A DNA stretch of 21,784 nt from Candidatus Hodarchaeota archaeon (GTDB lineage Archaea; Asgardarchaeota; Heimdallarchaeia; Hodarchaeales; Hodarchaeaceae): assembly GCA_029856365.1 (NCBI GenBank), contig JAHQWW010000062.1, forward strand, positions 1 to 21,784. The letters run 5' to 3'. Positions 8,312 to 17,368 of the stretch are shown piece after piece (position 1 is the stretch's first letter; each line of letters opens with the position of its first letter). A program made the translations under genes and the position numbers. The notes beneath the pieces were generated by a model. It had not been told where the DNA came from. It did no database searches and was given only the letters and a program-made list of their open reading frames with translations.

Positions 8312-9316
8312 CTATTTTTCTCGTTCGGCAAGAAATTGGACTAAAATTTTTAGAAAAATAAACAATTCACTTATTTGGCTATCTTCACTATTCTGTGCCG
8401 CTTGGATGGCTTCTAATTCCTGTATACAGAACTTGGCATACTTATCTCTAACCTCTCTTACTTTATGATTTACAGAACGGAAGGCTTCTATAACAAAGTT
8501 TATTTCTTCTTCTGTTTTCTCTCCAACTGGTTTATTATAAATCTGTTTAATCTTAGAAGCATATTTTGTTTGTAAAACGAAATACAGAAATAAATTCCGC
8601 TTTGATTCTTGAATATCCCAATATGGGACTTTTCCGAATTGTTCTGGGTTTCCTAGTATGTCTAAGTAGTCATCTTGAATTTGAAATGCAATACCAGCAG
8701 CAACGATAGCATCATGTAATCTATCAGTAAAAATATCTCCACGGTTGGCTGCTAAACAACCTAATTTGACACAACCAGCAAAAACAATAGCTGTTTTCAG
8801 CTCCATAATTTTGATAACATGATCCATGTCAAAATCAAAATTGTGATTTAATCTATCTTCTAATTCAATAGCATTGCCTAAACTGACTTGATATGCATAA
8901 TCAAGAACAAGATTTAGAGTAGGTTCATTCTTTAGTAAGGTCAAAGCATAAGCATGAAGAACATCCCCATCATGAAGTGCACGATCTGCTCCATGAAGTA
9001 TATGAAAGGCTTTTTTTCCGCGTCTAATGGGAGCACCATCAATTAAATCATCATGAATCAAGGTCATGTTATGTAGAAGTTCAATGGCAATAGCAGCATT
9101 ATACGATCTCTCCATTGCCACTTCACGATATTCAGTGTCTCTAACTAACAAATCAGTTGTTACTACTATGAATGCTGGACGAAGTCGTTTTCCTTTGGTT
9201 GTTAGAATGAAATTATGGATTCGCTCTCTTGTTGGACTAACAAGTCCATTTATTGCTTGAGTGAGTTTTTTGTTTAATTGTTCCATAATTTCTGCATCTA
9301 TGAACTCTAGTACCAC
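8312..9316 (-). CDS. trans-Polyprenyl diphosphate synthase (IdsA/GGPP synthase family)
   Basis: GKRLRP, first Asp-rich motif LIHDDLID..RRGK, KTA, second motif FQIQDDYLD. GTG 9316 preceded by GAGGG is preferred; the track start is TTG 9346. Confidence 0.9.
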   Translation of the reverse strand: MVLEFIDAEIMEQLNKKLTQAINGLVSPTRERIHNFILTTKGKRLRPAFIVVTTDLLVRDTEYREVAMERSYNAAIAIELLHNMTLIHDDLIDGAPIRRGKKAFHILHGADRALHDGDVLHAYALTLLKNEPTLNLVLDYAYQVSLGNAIELEDRLNHNFDFDMDHVIKIMELKTAIVFAGCVKLGCLAANRGDIFTDRLHDAIVAAGIAFQIQDDYLDILGNPEQFGKVPYWDIQESKRNLFLYFVLQTKYASKIKQIYNKPVGEKTEEEINFVIEAFRSVNHKVREVRDKYAKFCIQELEAIQAAQNSEDSQISELFIFLKILVQFLAEREK

Positions 9317-9370
9317 GAAAAAAGCCCTCTTTTTCGCATTACACAAAATCTTGTGTTTCTTCAGTGCGCT

Positions 9371-9395
9371 GTTAAAAGATCACAGCTGTGTGACC
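9371..9395 (-). promoter_or_regulatory. Palindromic operator-like site 1 abutting a TATA-like element upstream of the prenyl synthase
   Basis: GATCACA-GCTG-TGTGACC at 9378-9395; on the minus strand it is followed directly by TTTTAAC (9377-9371). Confidence 0.55.
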
Positions 9396-9650
9396 TTCTA
9401 TCATCCTGTAGGTTCAATTTTTTGGACAGTATTTAATAGATTTCCTGTATCTTATAGGGAAGTCGAGATCAAGACTTGAAGTTATTTTGAATTGAATTAG
9501 TTTTAAGTGTTGAAATAAAATCAGTATAACAATTTGTTGAAACTATCGCATAATACTGTTTTTTTCATCTTGTATTGTCTTAAGAAGTCTCAAAATATTA
9601 TTATTTCATATTACACTAATATACCTGTTTATTGAGAGAGGATTATTACT

Positions 9651-9671
9651 TGTGATCACACACTTGTGATC
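9651..9671. promoter_or_regulatory. Palindromic operator-like site 2
   Basis: GATCACA-CACT-TGTGATC at 9654-9671 (perfect 7-bp arms), overlapped by the palindrome TGTGATCACA at 9651-9660. Confidence 0.55.
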
Positions 9672-9839
9672 TACGACACATGATTAAAAAAAAACGAAAT
9701 TTATCTTATTTTTTTCGGAATTTGAGATTCGGAGGTCTCACAGGAAATCATTTCCTTTGGTTTATGGCAATTCACTAGGTTTCCTAAACCAATAGGCTTT
9801 TTTAATATAATCGAAACTCTCACATGGATGATCTAACAA

Positions 9840-11066
9840 TTGCTTTTTCAGTTCTGTCCTTATTGTGGTAGGAAAACTCCAGAGAAGAACTTTTGTGTCT
9901 ATTGCGGAAAACAATTATCAAATACTAATATTTGTCTGTATTGTCACTCTCCGATTCCTATGAATGCCACTTCCTGTCCTTTTTGTGGCTTTAATGGCTT
10001 CCAATCGAGATTCAACAATACATTGGAAGATTTTTCATATCTCAACTGGGTTTGTACTAATCTCCGTTTAGCAATTTTTGTCATTTTTCTTCTTTCAACA
10101 TACTCCCTTACCCAATTAATGGTTGGATTTGTTTTCATTATCTTTTTTTCAGCTGATTTTATTTATGATAATGCTAATTTTCCCTTTTTTTCTCTGGTCA
10201 TAATGCTAGTTAGTAGTGTAATACTGATTGTGATTATAAATAAATGGTTAATATTCTCATCGGGAGAAAAACCTCCTAAAATAGACCAGGTTAAAGTCCT
10301 TTTCCTCTTACTCATCGTACTCATAGCATCTATCTCTATCATTGAAATTCTTGTTACACTCACCGATTTTGGATTGGATCTGATTAATGTAGATCCTTCT
10401 CTATCTTCTCCTTATGATGATTTCTTTAGAACTCCTCTTAATATTCTCGCTTTCACAATTTTGGTTACTATAATTGGCCCGATTTTTGAGGAGCTCGTTT
10501 TTCGCCATTTTGCAATATCTATGATGTTGAAACAATGTCAATCGAAGATTTTCATAATTAGTACAAGTGCATTAATCTTCAGTCTTTCACACACAACAAC
10601 AAACTTATTAGAAAGCCTTCGTTATACAATTTTACATATGGTAGCTACCTTCTCTATAGGAGTTATTTTGGGCATAATTTTTCTCCGCTGGGGATTAAAA
10701 TACGCAATTATTTTTCACTCTTTTTGGAACCTATTTTCCCTCGTAGTCCAATTACTGATTATTTATGAATCAGTTTTGTTAATAGATCTGATTTTATTAG
10801 TCTCCATGGCTATTACTTTCATCCTTACAGTTTATTTTCTTTTTTCGATTCGAACATCTCTACGTAGAATTATTTCTGAAATTACTCTCCCAACAAGACG
10901 TGAACTTCTTTTAATTTTAGTAAATTTCTTTCTGATCTTAACTTATGAGCTTTTTTTGCCTTTAATATTGTTAACTGCTGGTTCTAATTTTTTAACTGCA
11001 GGATTCACCTTCTTATATCAGTTTTGCGGTTTTTCAATCGGATTAATGTTAATTAACCGAGAATAA
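9840..11066 (+). CDS. Double zinc ribbon + CPBP (Abi/Rce1-like, CAAX protease type II) intramembrane protease
   Basis: Four CxxC pairs (CPYC, CVYC, CLYC, CPFC); FEELVFR (EExxxR), FSLSH (FxxxH), HSFWN (HxxxN); about ten hydrophobic helices. TTG start with TTTAATATA about 30-40 nt upstream. Confidence 0.9.
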   Translation: MLFQFCPYCGRKTPEKNFCVYCGKQLSNTNICLYCHSPIPMNATSCPFCGFNGFQSRFNNTLEDFSYLNWVCTNLRLAIFVIFLLSTYSLTQLMVGFVFIIFFSADFIYDNANFPFFSLVIMLVSSVILIVIINKWLIFSSGEKPPKIDQVKVLFLLLIVLIASISIIEILVTLTDFGLDLINVDPSLSSPYDDFFRTPLNILAFTILVTIIGPIFEELVFRHFAISMMLKQCQSKIFIISTSALIFSLSHTTTNLLESLRYTILHMVATFSIGVILGIIFLRWGLKYAIIFHSFWNLFSLVVQLLIIYESVLLIDLILLVSMAITFILTVYFLFSIRTSLRRIISEITLPTRRELLLILVNFFLILTYELFLPLILLTAGSNFLTAGFTFLYQFCGFSIGLMLINRE

Positions 11067-11262
11067 AAGATATTAAGCAATTTGAGTTGTGTTTTGCCAG
11101 TTAATTCTTTACATGACAGGCTAGGGGATTGTATTGAATCTATTGGTACTCTAATAGAAATGATTGTTGACTGGTTAGATACTCCTAAAGAATTTCAAAA
11201 TTGATCACTAATATGTATGTAACGATTCATGAGGTTTATTGTAGTTTTTTATGAAATCAAAT

Positions 11263-11270
11263 AAAAAAAA
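11263..11270 (-). terminator. Oligo-T terminator of tfb
   Basis: T8 on the minus strand, 14 nt after the tfb stop; oligo-T tracts are the usual archaeal terminator signal. Confidence 0.45.
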
Positions 11271-11284
11271 GGTAGATATTCATG

Positions 11285-12298
11285 TTAATGCCCCTTAAAG
11301 TGTGATTTTGGATCCTCTATAAAAACTGGAACTGCAGCTGCTCCTCGTTTCACTTCAATGTCATTCATTCCAAGAACCCGCACGATCTCCTTGAATCTAT
11401 TTCGAATTGTCACTGGTGTTGTTTTTGCAGCTCTAGCAATTTGCTGTTGTGTTCGTCTTTCCCCTGTTTTGACTCCTGCGATATATAGGCAAGCAGCAGC
11501 AATGGACATGGGGTTTTTTCCAACAGTTATGCCATATATTTTTGTTTTTTTTGCAATATCGACTGCAATCATGCGAGTTGGCATAGAAAGTGACAATTCC
11601 TCGCCTAAACGATGTATTAGAGCTTCGTGTCTTCCAGAGTCAGGTTTCGTATGGAGATGCTGGGCTATTGTCCTGACACATCGTCCTAGCTCTTTGAAAG
11701 AAACATTTGTATTAGTTGATACATCCTTTAAAGTAAGGGGGATCTTAGTTTTACGACATGCTAAATATAGGCTTGCTGCAATCATCCCATCAATTGATCG
11801 ACCTCGGATAAGGTTCTTTTTTAGACACTGACGATAGTAAGAACTGGCCATTTGTGCTGTACGATCTGGTAATTCCATTTGACTTCTTAGTCGTTTTAAC
11901 TCACGTAAGGCGATTCTAAGATTTCGAATTTCGCTTTCATGGGCGTGGTTATCGACATTAGTTAAGCGATTGTACACTAATCGTTTTGATGAAGAAAGTT
12001 TCCTTCCTTTACCGTCCTTTCGTGACCTGCTTATCTGAGTTTTGATACCGAAGTCTGGTTGGAGTAAAGATAAAGGAGACCCCCCTCGTGAGCGATCCTG
12101 TTCCTCTTGATAATTATATGCACGCCATTCGGGTCCTTGATCAAACATTAAAGAGTCAACCACTACCCCACAACATGCGCAAATGAATTGTCCTGACCGT
12201 GGATCAGAAACTACATTATCTAAAGTACCACATTCAGGGCATTTTCTGTAACGACTGATATCATGCCTTTGTACCATAGTAATCGTGGTTTCCTCCAA
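11285..12298 (-). CDS. tfb: Transcription initiation factor IIB (TFB)
   Basis: Zn ribbon CPEC-x16-CACC, B-reader DQGPEWRAY, cyclin repeats IRGRSIDGMIAASLYLACR and GKNPMSIAAACLYIA, HTH TQQQIARAAKTTPVTIRNRFKEI. Start TTG 12298 or ATG 12277. Confidence 0.96.
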   Translation of the reverse strand: MEETTITMVQRHDISRYRKCPECGTLDNVVSDPRSGQFICACCGVVVDSLMFDQGPEWRAYNYQEEQDRSRGGSPLSLLQPDFGIKTQISRSRKDGKGRKLSSSKRLVYNRLTNVDNHAHESEIRNLRIALRELKRLRSQMELPDRTAQMASSYYRQCLKKNLIRGRSIDGMIAASLYLACRKTKIPLTLKDVSTNTNVSFKELGRCVRTIAQHLHTKPDSGRHEALIHRLGEELSLSMPTRMIAVDIAKKTKIYGITVGKNPMSIAAACLYIAGVKTGERRTQQQIARAAKTTPVTIRNRFKEIVRVLGMNDIEVKRGAAAVPVFIEDPKSHFKGH

Positions 12299-12469
12299 TA
12301 TTAACTTTTAATGACTTTCTAGATAAGTTCCTCGCAATTTTTATTTTTGGCTTAATGACTGTAAATTAAGGTAATAATGTTTTTATTATGTTAGATACTT
12401 TAAAATGCGATCTGTAGTTAAAATTAATCCTTGAAACCTGTGATCTCACCAATGCTTGAATTTGTGGAT

Positions 12470-12508
12470 TCTAGTTAATTCATCCGAAGTAAGGATATGT
12501 TAACTAGA
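12470..12508. repeat. Inverted repeat/hairpin between lipA and tfb
   Basis: TCTAGTTAA (12470-12478) and TTAACTAGA (12500-12508) with inner ATCC/GGAT pairing around a 7-nt loop. Confidence 0.6.
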
Positions 12509-12598
12509 CGATAATAGAATACATCGAGTACTGTCACAATAAAAGAAAATTTGCTGAATTATTTTTTTCCAGAGGAATAGATAGACGGAGACAGGAAA

Positions 12599-13483
12599 CT
12601 ATTTTGCCATCACGCTTTTTTTCAAAACATTTTCAATATAAAATTCCCCAGCACGATAAGAGCTTCGAACAAGGGGCCCTGATACTACATAAAGAAATCC
12701 CATTTTTATAGCTTCTTTTTCCCAATACTCAAACTTCTCAGGTTCTATATAATCAACAACATCTAAGTGTTTTCGTGAGGGTTGAAGATATTGTCCTAGT
12801 GTTACTATATCCACTCTTACACGTCTCAGTTCAAGAAGAGCAGCTAAGATTTGTCCCTCGGATTCACCAAATCCCAGCATTATCGAAGATTTTGTTAATA
12901 TTTGGGGATTAAGCTTCTTTATGTTTTCAAGCACATAAATTGATTGTTTAAAGCTTGCTCTCTTGTCTCTGACTATTGGTGTAAGTGCTTCTGTAGTTTC
13001 GATGTTATGGCCTATAACATCAGGTTTACTTTCAACGAGGGTCAGAAGAGCGTCCAAATTTCCTTGAAAATCAGGAATGAGGATCTCTATTATCACTTCA
13101 GGATTTTTTTGTCTCACATTCTTTATACATTGGCTTAAATGCCCTGCTCCCCCATCAATCAAGTCATCTCGAGTTACAGATGTAAGAACCACATATTTTA
13201 ATCTCAATTCCTTAACAGCTTGGGCTAAGTTTTCAGGTTCCTTGGTATCTAGATATTTGTGAGGGTTCCGAGTTCGCACATCACAAAATTTACAATAACG
13301 AGTGCAATAGGGGCCCATGAGTAAGAAAGTCGCGGTACCTGATTCCCAACATTCGGTGCAGTTAGGACAGAATGCTTCTTCGCAGACCGTATGGAGATTT
13401 TGATGCTTGAGTAGTCTTCGCATTTTTCCATATTCTTTCTTAGTTGGAAGTTTTGCTTTAATCCATTTTGGTTTTTTTTTCAC
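12599..13483 (-). CDS. lipA: Lipoyl synthase (radical SAM)
   Basis: CEEAFCPNCTEC (Cx4Cx5C), CTRYCKFC (Cx3Cx2C), TSVTRDDL, HNIET, GQYLQP, VRSSY. Confidence 0.97.
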   Translation of the reverse strand: MKKKPKWIKAKLPTKKEYGKMRRLLKHQNLHTVCEEAFCPNCTECWESGTATFLLMGPYCTRYCKFCDVRTRNPHKYLDTKEPENLAQAVKELRLKYVVLTSVTRDDLIDGGAGHLSQCIKNVRQKNPEVIIEILIPDFQGNLDALLTLVESKPDVIGHNIETTEALTPIVRDKRASFKQSIYVLENIKKLNPQILTKSSIMLGFGESEGQILAALLELRRVRVDIVTLGQYLQPSRKHLDVVDYIEPEKFEYWEKEAIKMGFLYVVSGPLVRSSYRAGEFYIENVLKKSVMAK

Positions 13484-13641
13484 TGTAATAACGCCTACAC
13501 TTAATAATCAACTCAATTATGCTAAAAAAAAACAAAAAAATTGAAAAATAAATAAGTTGAGATTATGCAGAGTAGCCATTTTAAATATTAATAGTTTTCG
13601 CTGATTAGAACAAGATATTCACTGACAAGCCTTAATTTTAG

Positions 13642-16062
13642 GTGAAGAGGCCTTTGAATTTTCAAAATAAGCTACAGAATTTTATAATCGAAATTCCTCC
13701 CGAGCAGCTTCTCGCAGGTGTCATTACTATTGTTTTAGCTGTAATTTTCTTTCTAGAATTGAGAAAATATTTGAAATACCATGCTTTTCCCGACCTCATG
13801 GAACTTTCGGGTATTGGTGTTATGGCCACTGGACTTTTTTCTTTAACTGGTGATATTCTTCTTGCGGGTTTAGCGGGAATCCTGGCGTTAATGATAATCG
13901 GTTCTTTCGAAGTGCGAGAAAACCCCATATGGTTTCGAATGATGGTAACTTTTACAATTAGTTATGGGTTTTTTTTCTTAATGGTTGCTTTAGGTTTTCT
14001 CACAACTAAGGTATTTTCTTTATTAGGAGTTACAATCAAAGAATTTCTACTTTCTCTGGGATTATCCCCCAATATCGATATACAGCAGTTTTTTGTAGGA
14101 ATTGGATATAATCTAGTCCTCTGGATCATGATCTTAACAGCATTCTTAGTATTTGGTAAGAAGTTTATTGTTGTAACCCGATTCATTAGTCCTCAAATGG
14201 TTTATCTTGTGCTTTACTTAGTAGCATTACTGGTAATCCTACAAATTGATCTTCCCGAAATTACAAAATATTTCGCCATTTTTATTGTTAATATTCTTAT
14301 TTACTTAGTTTCAGGTCCATTATTATCCTTTTTATTTGGAATACAACCCCTAGAAGATGAGAGAGTAGAAAATATAATCAATGAAGTACAAACTAAGGTA
14401 CAAACACCGATTCGAAAAATCGGCATTGTTAAAGCGCCAATCCTTAATGCATTTGCATTTGGACCATGGTTTGATCAAAGAATTGCTTATATTGCCTCAG
14501 ACCTAAGTCAATTCACAGATGCGGAGATACGTGGAATAACCGCACATGAGCTGATACATGTTCAGAAAAAACATACCCTTTGGTTATTAGGCCTTACTGC
14601 TGTTGAACTAGTAATCAAGGCTGCGATTGATGCTCCATCTACATATTGGGAATTTGTTTTAGGAATGAGTCAAACTTGGGATTTTCTAAGTTTTTGGTTA
14701 TTCAATATAGCATTATTCGCAGTTTTACTTACTTTTGTGAAGATAATGGAAGGACAGGCTGATAAGATCACGAGGGAAAAGGGTTTTGGCATTGATTTAG
14801 CGGAATCTTTATTCCGCTTGGAAGGTTTTTACTATGGAATTGCAGGGGAGATTGGTTTCAATACTCAATTAATGACTGGAAAAACACGGTCTAAAGATGA
14901 GAATATTCGTTTTATGGGAGACCAAGCCTATTATCTCTATCGTAATCTTGCTCCAAGTCGGATGACTTGTTTTATGAACCTTATTGCATCACATCCTCTC
15001 ACTTCCATTCGCCTAGCATTGCAGTTGGACCATTCCATTGGGGCTATTAAAGCGGGATTTATGATATGGTTCCTGTTAATTCCAGGATTGCGAAAACGAA
15101 CTATACGTAGACTCCAGAAAAGCCACCAACAAATGGCTGAACTGCTATCTCAAAAATATTCCAGAGATTTCGGTACAATAAATGACTACTTGGAAATAAC
15201 ATTTGAGGAATATTGGGCTAAATACTTTGTAGGACATTATGTGTTAGCTAAACCATGGTTATCTGAAGGTAACGCTTATTGGGGTAAAATAACAAGTTTC
15301 TCTCCCACTGAGAATATAGTATCTCCTATTGAGTTTGAAATGGAAATTTCTAATGGAAACATTGTCAGAATTCCTAAAAGCGACTACAACTTTATTCTAG
15401 CAGAACCACAACACAAATACTTCACAAAAAAAGGGAACACAGTGATTTTAGATCAAGTGCAAATAGAAAAAGGTAAATTTCGAAAATTTCATTTCATTAA
15501 AAATGGAGAAGAAACTTCATCACGCTCCATAGGATTGGATACATCAGAATTTCAACAACGAACATATTGGTTGGTCTATAAAAATGGTATAATACAACCA
15601 TGGAGTTTGAAAGAGGTACGTTTAGCAAAGGATTTCAAAAAAACTGTATTTATTTTTGAAGATTCTATTCAAAATGAATATCAATTTTTAGGCAAGGAAC
15701 TAGTTATTTCATCCCCTCCTTTAGTGCAAATGATTAATGCTAAAAATTGGGAAAAAGAAAAGAGCTTTTTCCAACTTTTACAAAACTTAAGTGAACCATT
15801 TATCCTCTATGATAAAGAAGACATCGACATTGGTGCTCCCTGTAAAGTAAATACTGTCTTGGAAGATAATACAATAGAACTCTTGGAAGGAAGAACCCTC
15901 CGAACAATTAAACCTAATATGATTGATGCATTAATTCTAGATTATCCTTTTTATCTAATTAATTTCCGAAATGAAATGGGATTTGGCAACATTCTCACAT
16001 TGAAATTGTTTAATAGAGGCTTAAAGACAAAATATGTAGGTCTTAATAGTTATCTTTTTTGA
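13642..16062 (+). CDS. M48 family (HtpX/Ste24-like) membrane zinc metalloprotease with N-terminal multi-TM region and long soluble C-terminal region
   Basis: NAFAFG, AHELIH (HExxH), MEGQAD (third ligand Glu), SHPLTSIRL; about 230 hydrophobic residues before and about 320 polar beta-rich residues after the core. Confidence 0.85.
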   Translation: MKRPLNFQNKLQNFIIEIPPEQLLAGVITIVLAVIFFLELRKYLKYHAFPDLMELSGIGVMATGLFSLTGDILLAGLAGILALMIIGSFEVRENPIWFRMMVTFTISYGFFFLMVALGFLTTKVFSLLGVTIKEFLLSLGLSPNIDIQQFFVGIGYNLVLWIMILTAFLVFGKKFIVVTRFISPQMVYLVLYLVALLVILQIDLPEITKYFAIFIVNILIYLVSGPLLSFLFGIQPLEDERVENIINEVQTKVQTPIRKIGIVKAPILNAFAFGPWFDQRIAYIASDLSQFTDAEIRGITAHELIHVQKKHTLWLLGLTAVELVIKAAIDAPSTYWEFVLGMSQTWDFLSFWLFNIALFAVLLTFVKIMEGQADKITREKGFGIDLAESLFRLEGFYYGIAGEIGFNTQLMTGKTRSKDENIRFMGDQAYYLYRNLAPSRMTCFMNLIASHPLTSIRLALQLDHSIGAIKAGFMIWFLLIPGLRKRTIRRLQKSHQQMAELLSQKYSRDFGTINDYLEITFEEYWAKYFVGHYVLAKPWLSEGNAYWGKITSFSPTENIVSPIEFEMEISNGNIVRIPKSDYNFILAEPQHKYFTKKGNTVILDQVQIEKGKFRKFHFIKNGEETSSRSIGLDTSEFQQRTYWLVYKNGIIQPWSLKEVRLAKDFKKTVFIFEDSIQNEYQFLGKELVISSPPLVQMINAKNWEKEKSFFQLLQNLSEPFILYDKEDIDIGAPCKVNTVLEDNTIELLEGRTLRTIKPNMIDALILDYPFYLINFRNEMGFGNILTLKLFNRGLKTKYVGLNSYLF

Positions 16063-16112
16063 GAACCAAAATGTTTTAAACGTCCTCCAATTATGAATAG
16101 AAGAAAAAAATC

Positions 16113-17360
16113 TTAATCTTTGATTTCTAATACTTCTGTTGCTATATCCTTAGCTCGTTGGCGCCTTTCGCTAAGGGATTCGGTGGTTTGAGTCAAATTT
16201 TTCTTGTTAAGAGTAATTTCCTCCTCTTTCTCTGTCAAATTTGCTCTTAATGCTACTATTTTCTCCTCACACTGCGTTAGCTGATTATTAACTGTTTTGA
16301 ATTCTAATGATTCTTCTATCTCTTCTTTTTGTGTTAAATGGCCTTTCCATTCGTCTTTCCATAAATCCATTTTTCCTTGTTGTAGAGCTTTTAGCTCATG
16401 GGTTAAGTTATTGATACTTTTTTGTTTTAAATGGAGATCAGATTTGCCAACTTTGATTAATTCCTCCATTAGAGCAATAATTTCAGGATTACCTTCTTCT
16501 TCTTCAAGAAAACTTTGAACAGGTTGCTTCTCATAGGCCAATGCGGTGTTTACCAAACCAAAATCTCCCGAGACCGATCCACGTTGAATTTCACGCGCAT
16601 ATTTCTTGAAAGTCTTTTTGAACGAGTTTAAATGCCTACCTATTTCAATTTCCAGTTCTGTCATACGGATCCCACGTTGTCGTGAGTCTTTTATCAAAGG
16701 ATTCTCTAATAAGCGGGATTTTACTCTCTCTGCTTCTATTATTGTCTCTTCAAGGGCGCTCTTTTCAGTTTGAAGTTGAGTTTGTTCTTCTTTGTATAAT
16801 GAGATCTTTTCTAAGAGATCTTTAACATCCGCATTCAAATCATTTAAATCCTCTAGAGATTTAATTATACTATATTCCTCTTTTTGAAGATCACGTAGGT
16901 TAGCCAAATCAGATCCTAATTTACCGAGCGGATTATAAAATGTTCGCTTTTTGAGCATGAAATCAATGCCCATTACTGAGTCAGCAGCACTCTTCTCACG
17001 ATTAGTATCAGTTAGCAATCGAGAAACAATTCGGATAAATTGGTTCAACTCAATTGAGGTTAATTTTTTTGAAGCATCAGGAACCTGAAAATCGGAAAAC
17101 TGTTGGCTAATATAGTGTGCTAATGCATTAATAGCTTTTAAAGATTCAAACTGTGATCGAAATTTTATTTTTTTCATCCCATCCTCTGTGAGCTTTGGTT
17201 CAGTTTCCTCAATAATCTTTTTACAGCCTTCCTTGACCTTCTCAGAATTTTTATGCATTGACTGGAGGAGCTTCTTACTTTTTTCATAAGCTAATTGAAT
17301 GATTTTCTTTTTTTGTGTTTTTATTGATTCAGCAAGGCTTTGAATTTCATCTTCAGACAT
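16113..17360 (-). CDS. Hypothetical coiled-coil protein
   Basis: 415 aa, E/K/L/Q-rich heptad segments; AGGTGA SD 4 nt before ATG, overlapping the upstream stop codon; T7 tract just after the stop. Confidence 0.85.
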   Translation of the reverse strand: MSEDEIQSLAESIKTQKKKIIQLAYEKSKKLLQSMHKNSEKVKEGCKKIIEETEPKLTEDGMKKIKFRSQFESLKAINALAHYISQQFSDFQVPDASKKLTSIELNQFIRIVSRLLTDTNREKSAADSVMGIDFMLKKRTFYNPLGKLGSDLANLRDLQKEEYSIIKSLEDLNDLNADVKDLLEKISLYKEEQTQLQTEKSALEETIIEAERVKSRLLENPLIKDSRQRGIRMTELEIEIGRHLNSFKKTFKKYAREIQRGSVSGDFGLVNTALAYEKQPVQSFLEEEEGNPEIIALMEELIKVGKSDLHLKQKSINNLTHELKALQQGKMDLWKDEWKGHLTQKEEIEESLEFKTVNNQLTQCEEKIVALRANLTEKEEEITLNKKNLTQTTESLSERRQRAKDIATEVLEIKD

Positions 17361-17368
17361 TAAATCAC

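Noticed and set aside
5209-14186. Short track ORFs 5209-5391, 7588-7791, 7643-7969, 9066-9260, 9261-9479, 9944-10138, 10163-10363, 11358-11831, 12944-13138, 13077-13262, 13249-13431, 13662-13928, 13962-14186
   Set aside because: All overlap well-supported genes antisense or out of frame (9261-9479 also covers the operator site) and show no family motifs.
16113-17360. SMC/Rad50/SbcC annotation for the coiled-coil protein
   Set aside because: No Walker A/B, signature motif or CxxC zinc hook; too short.
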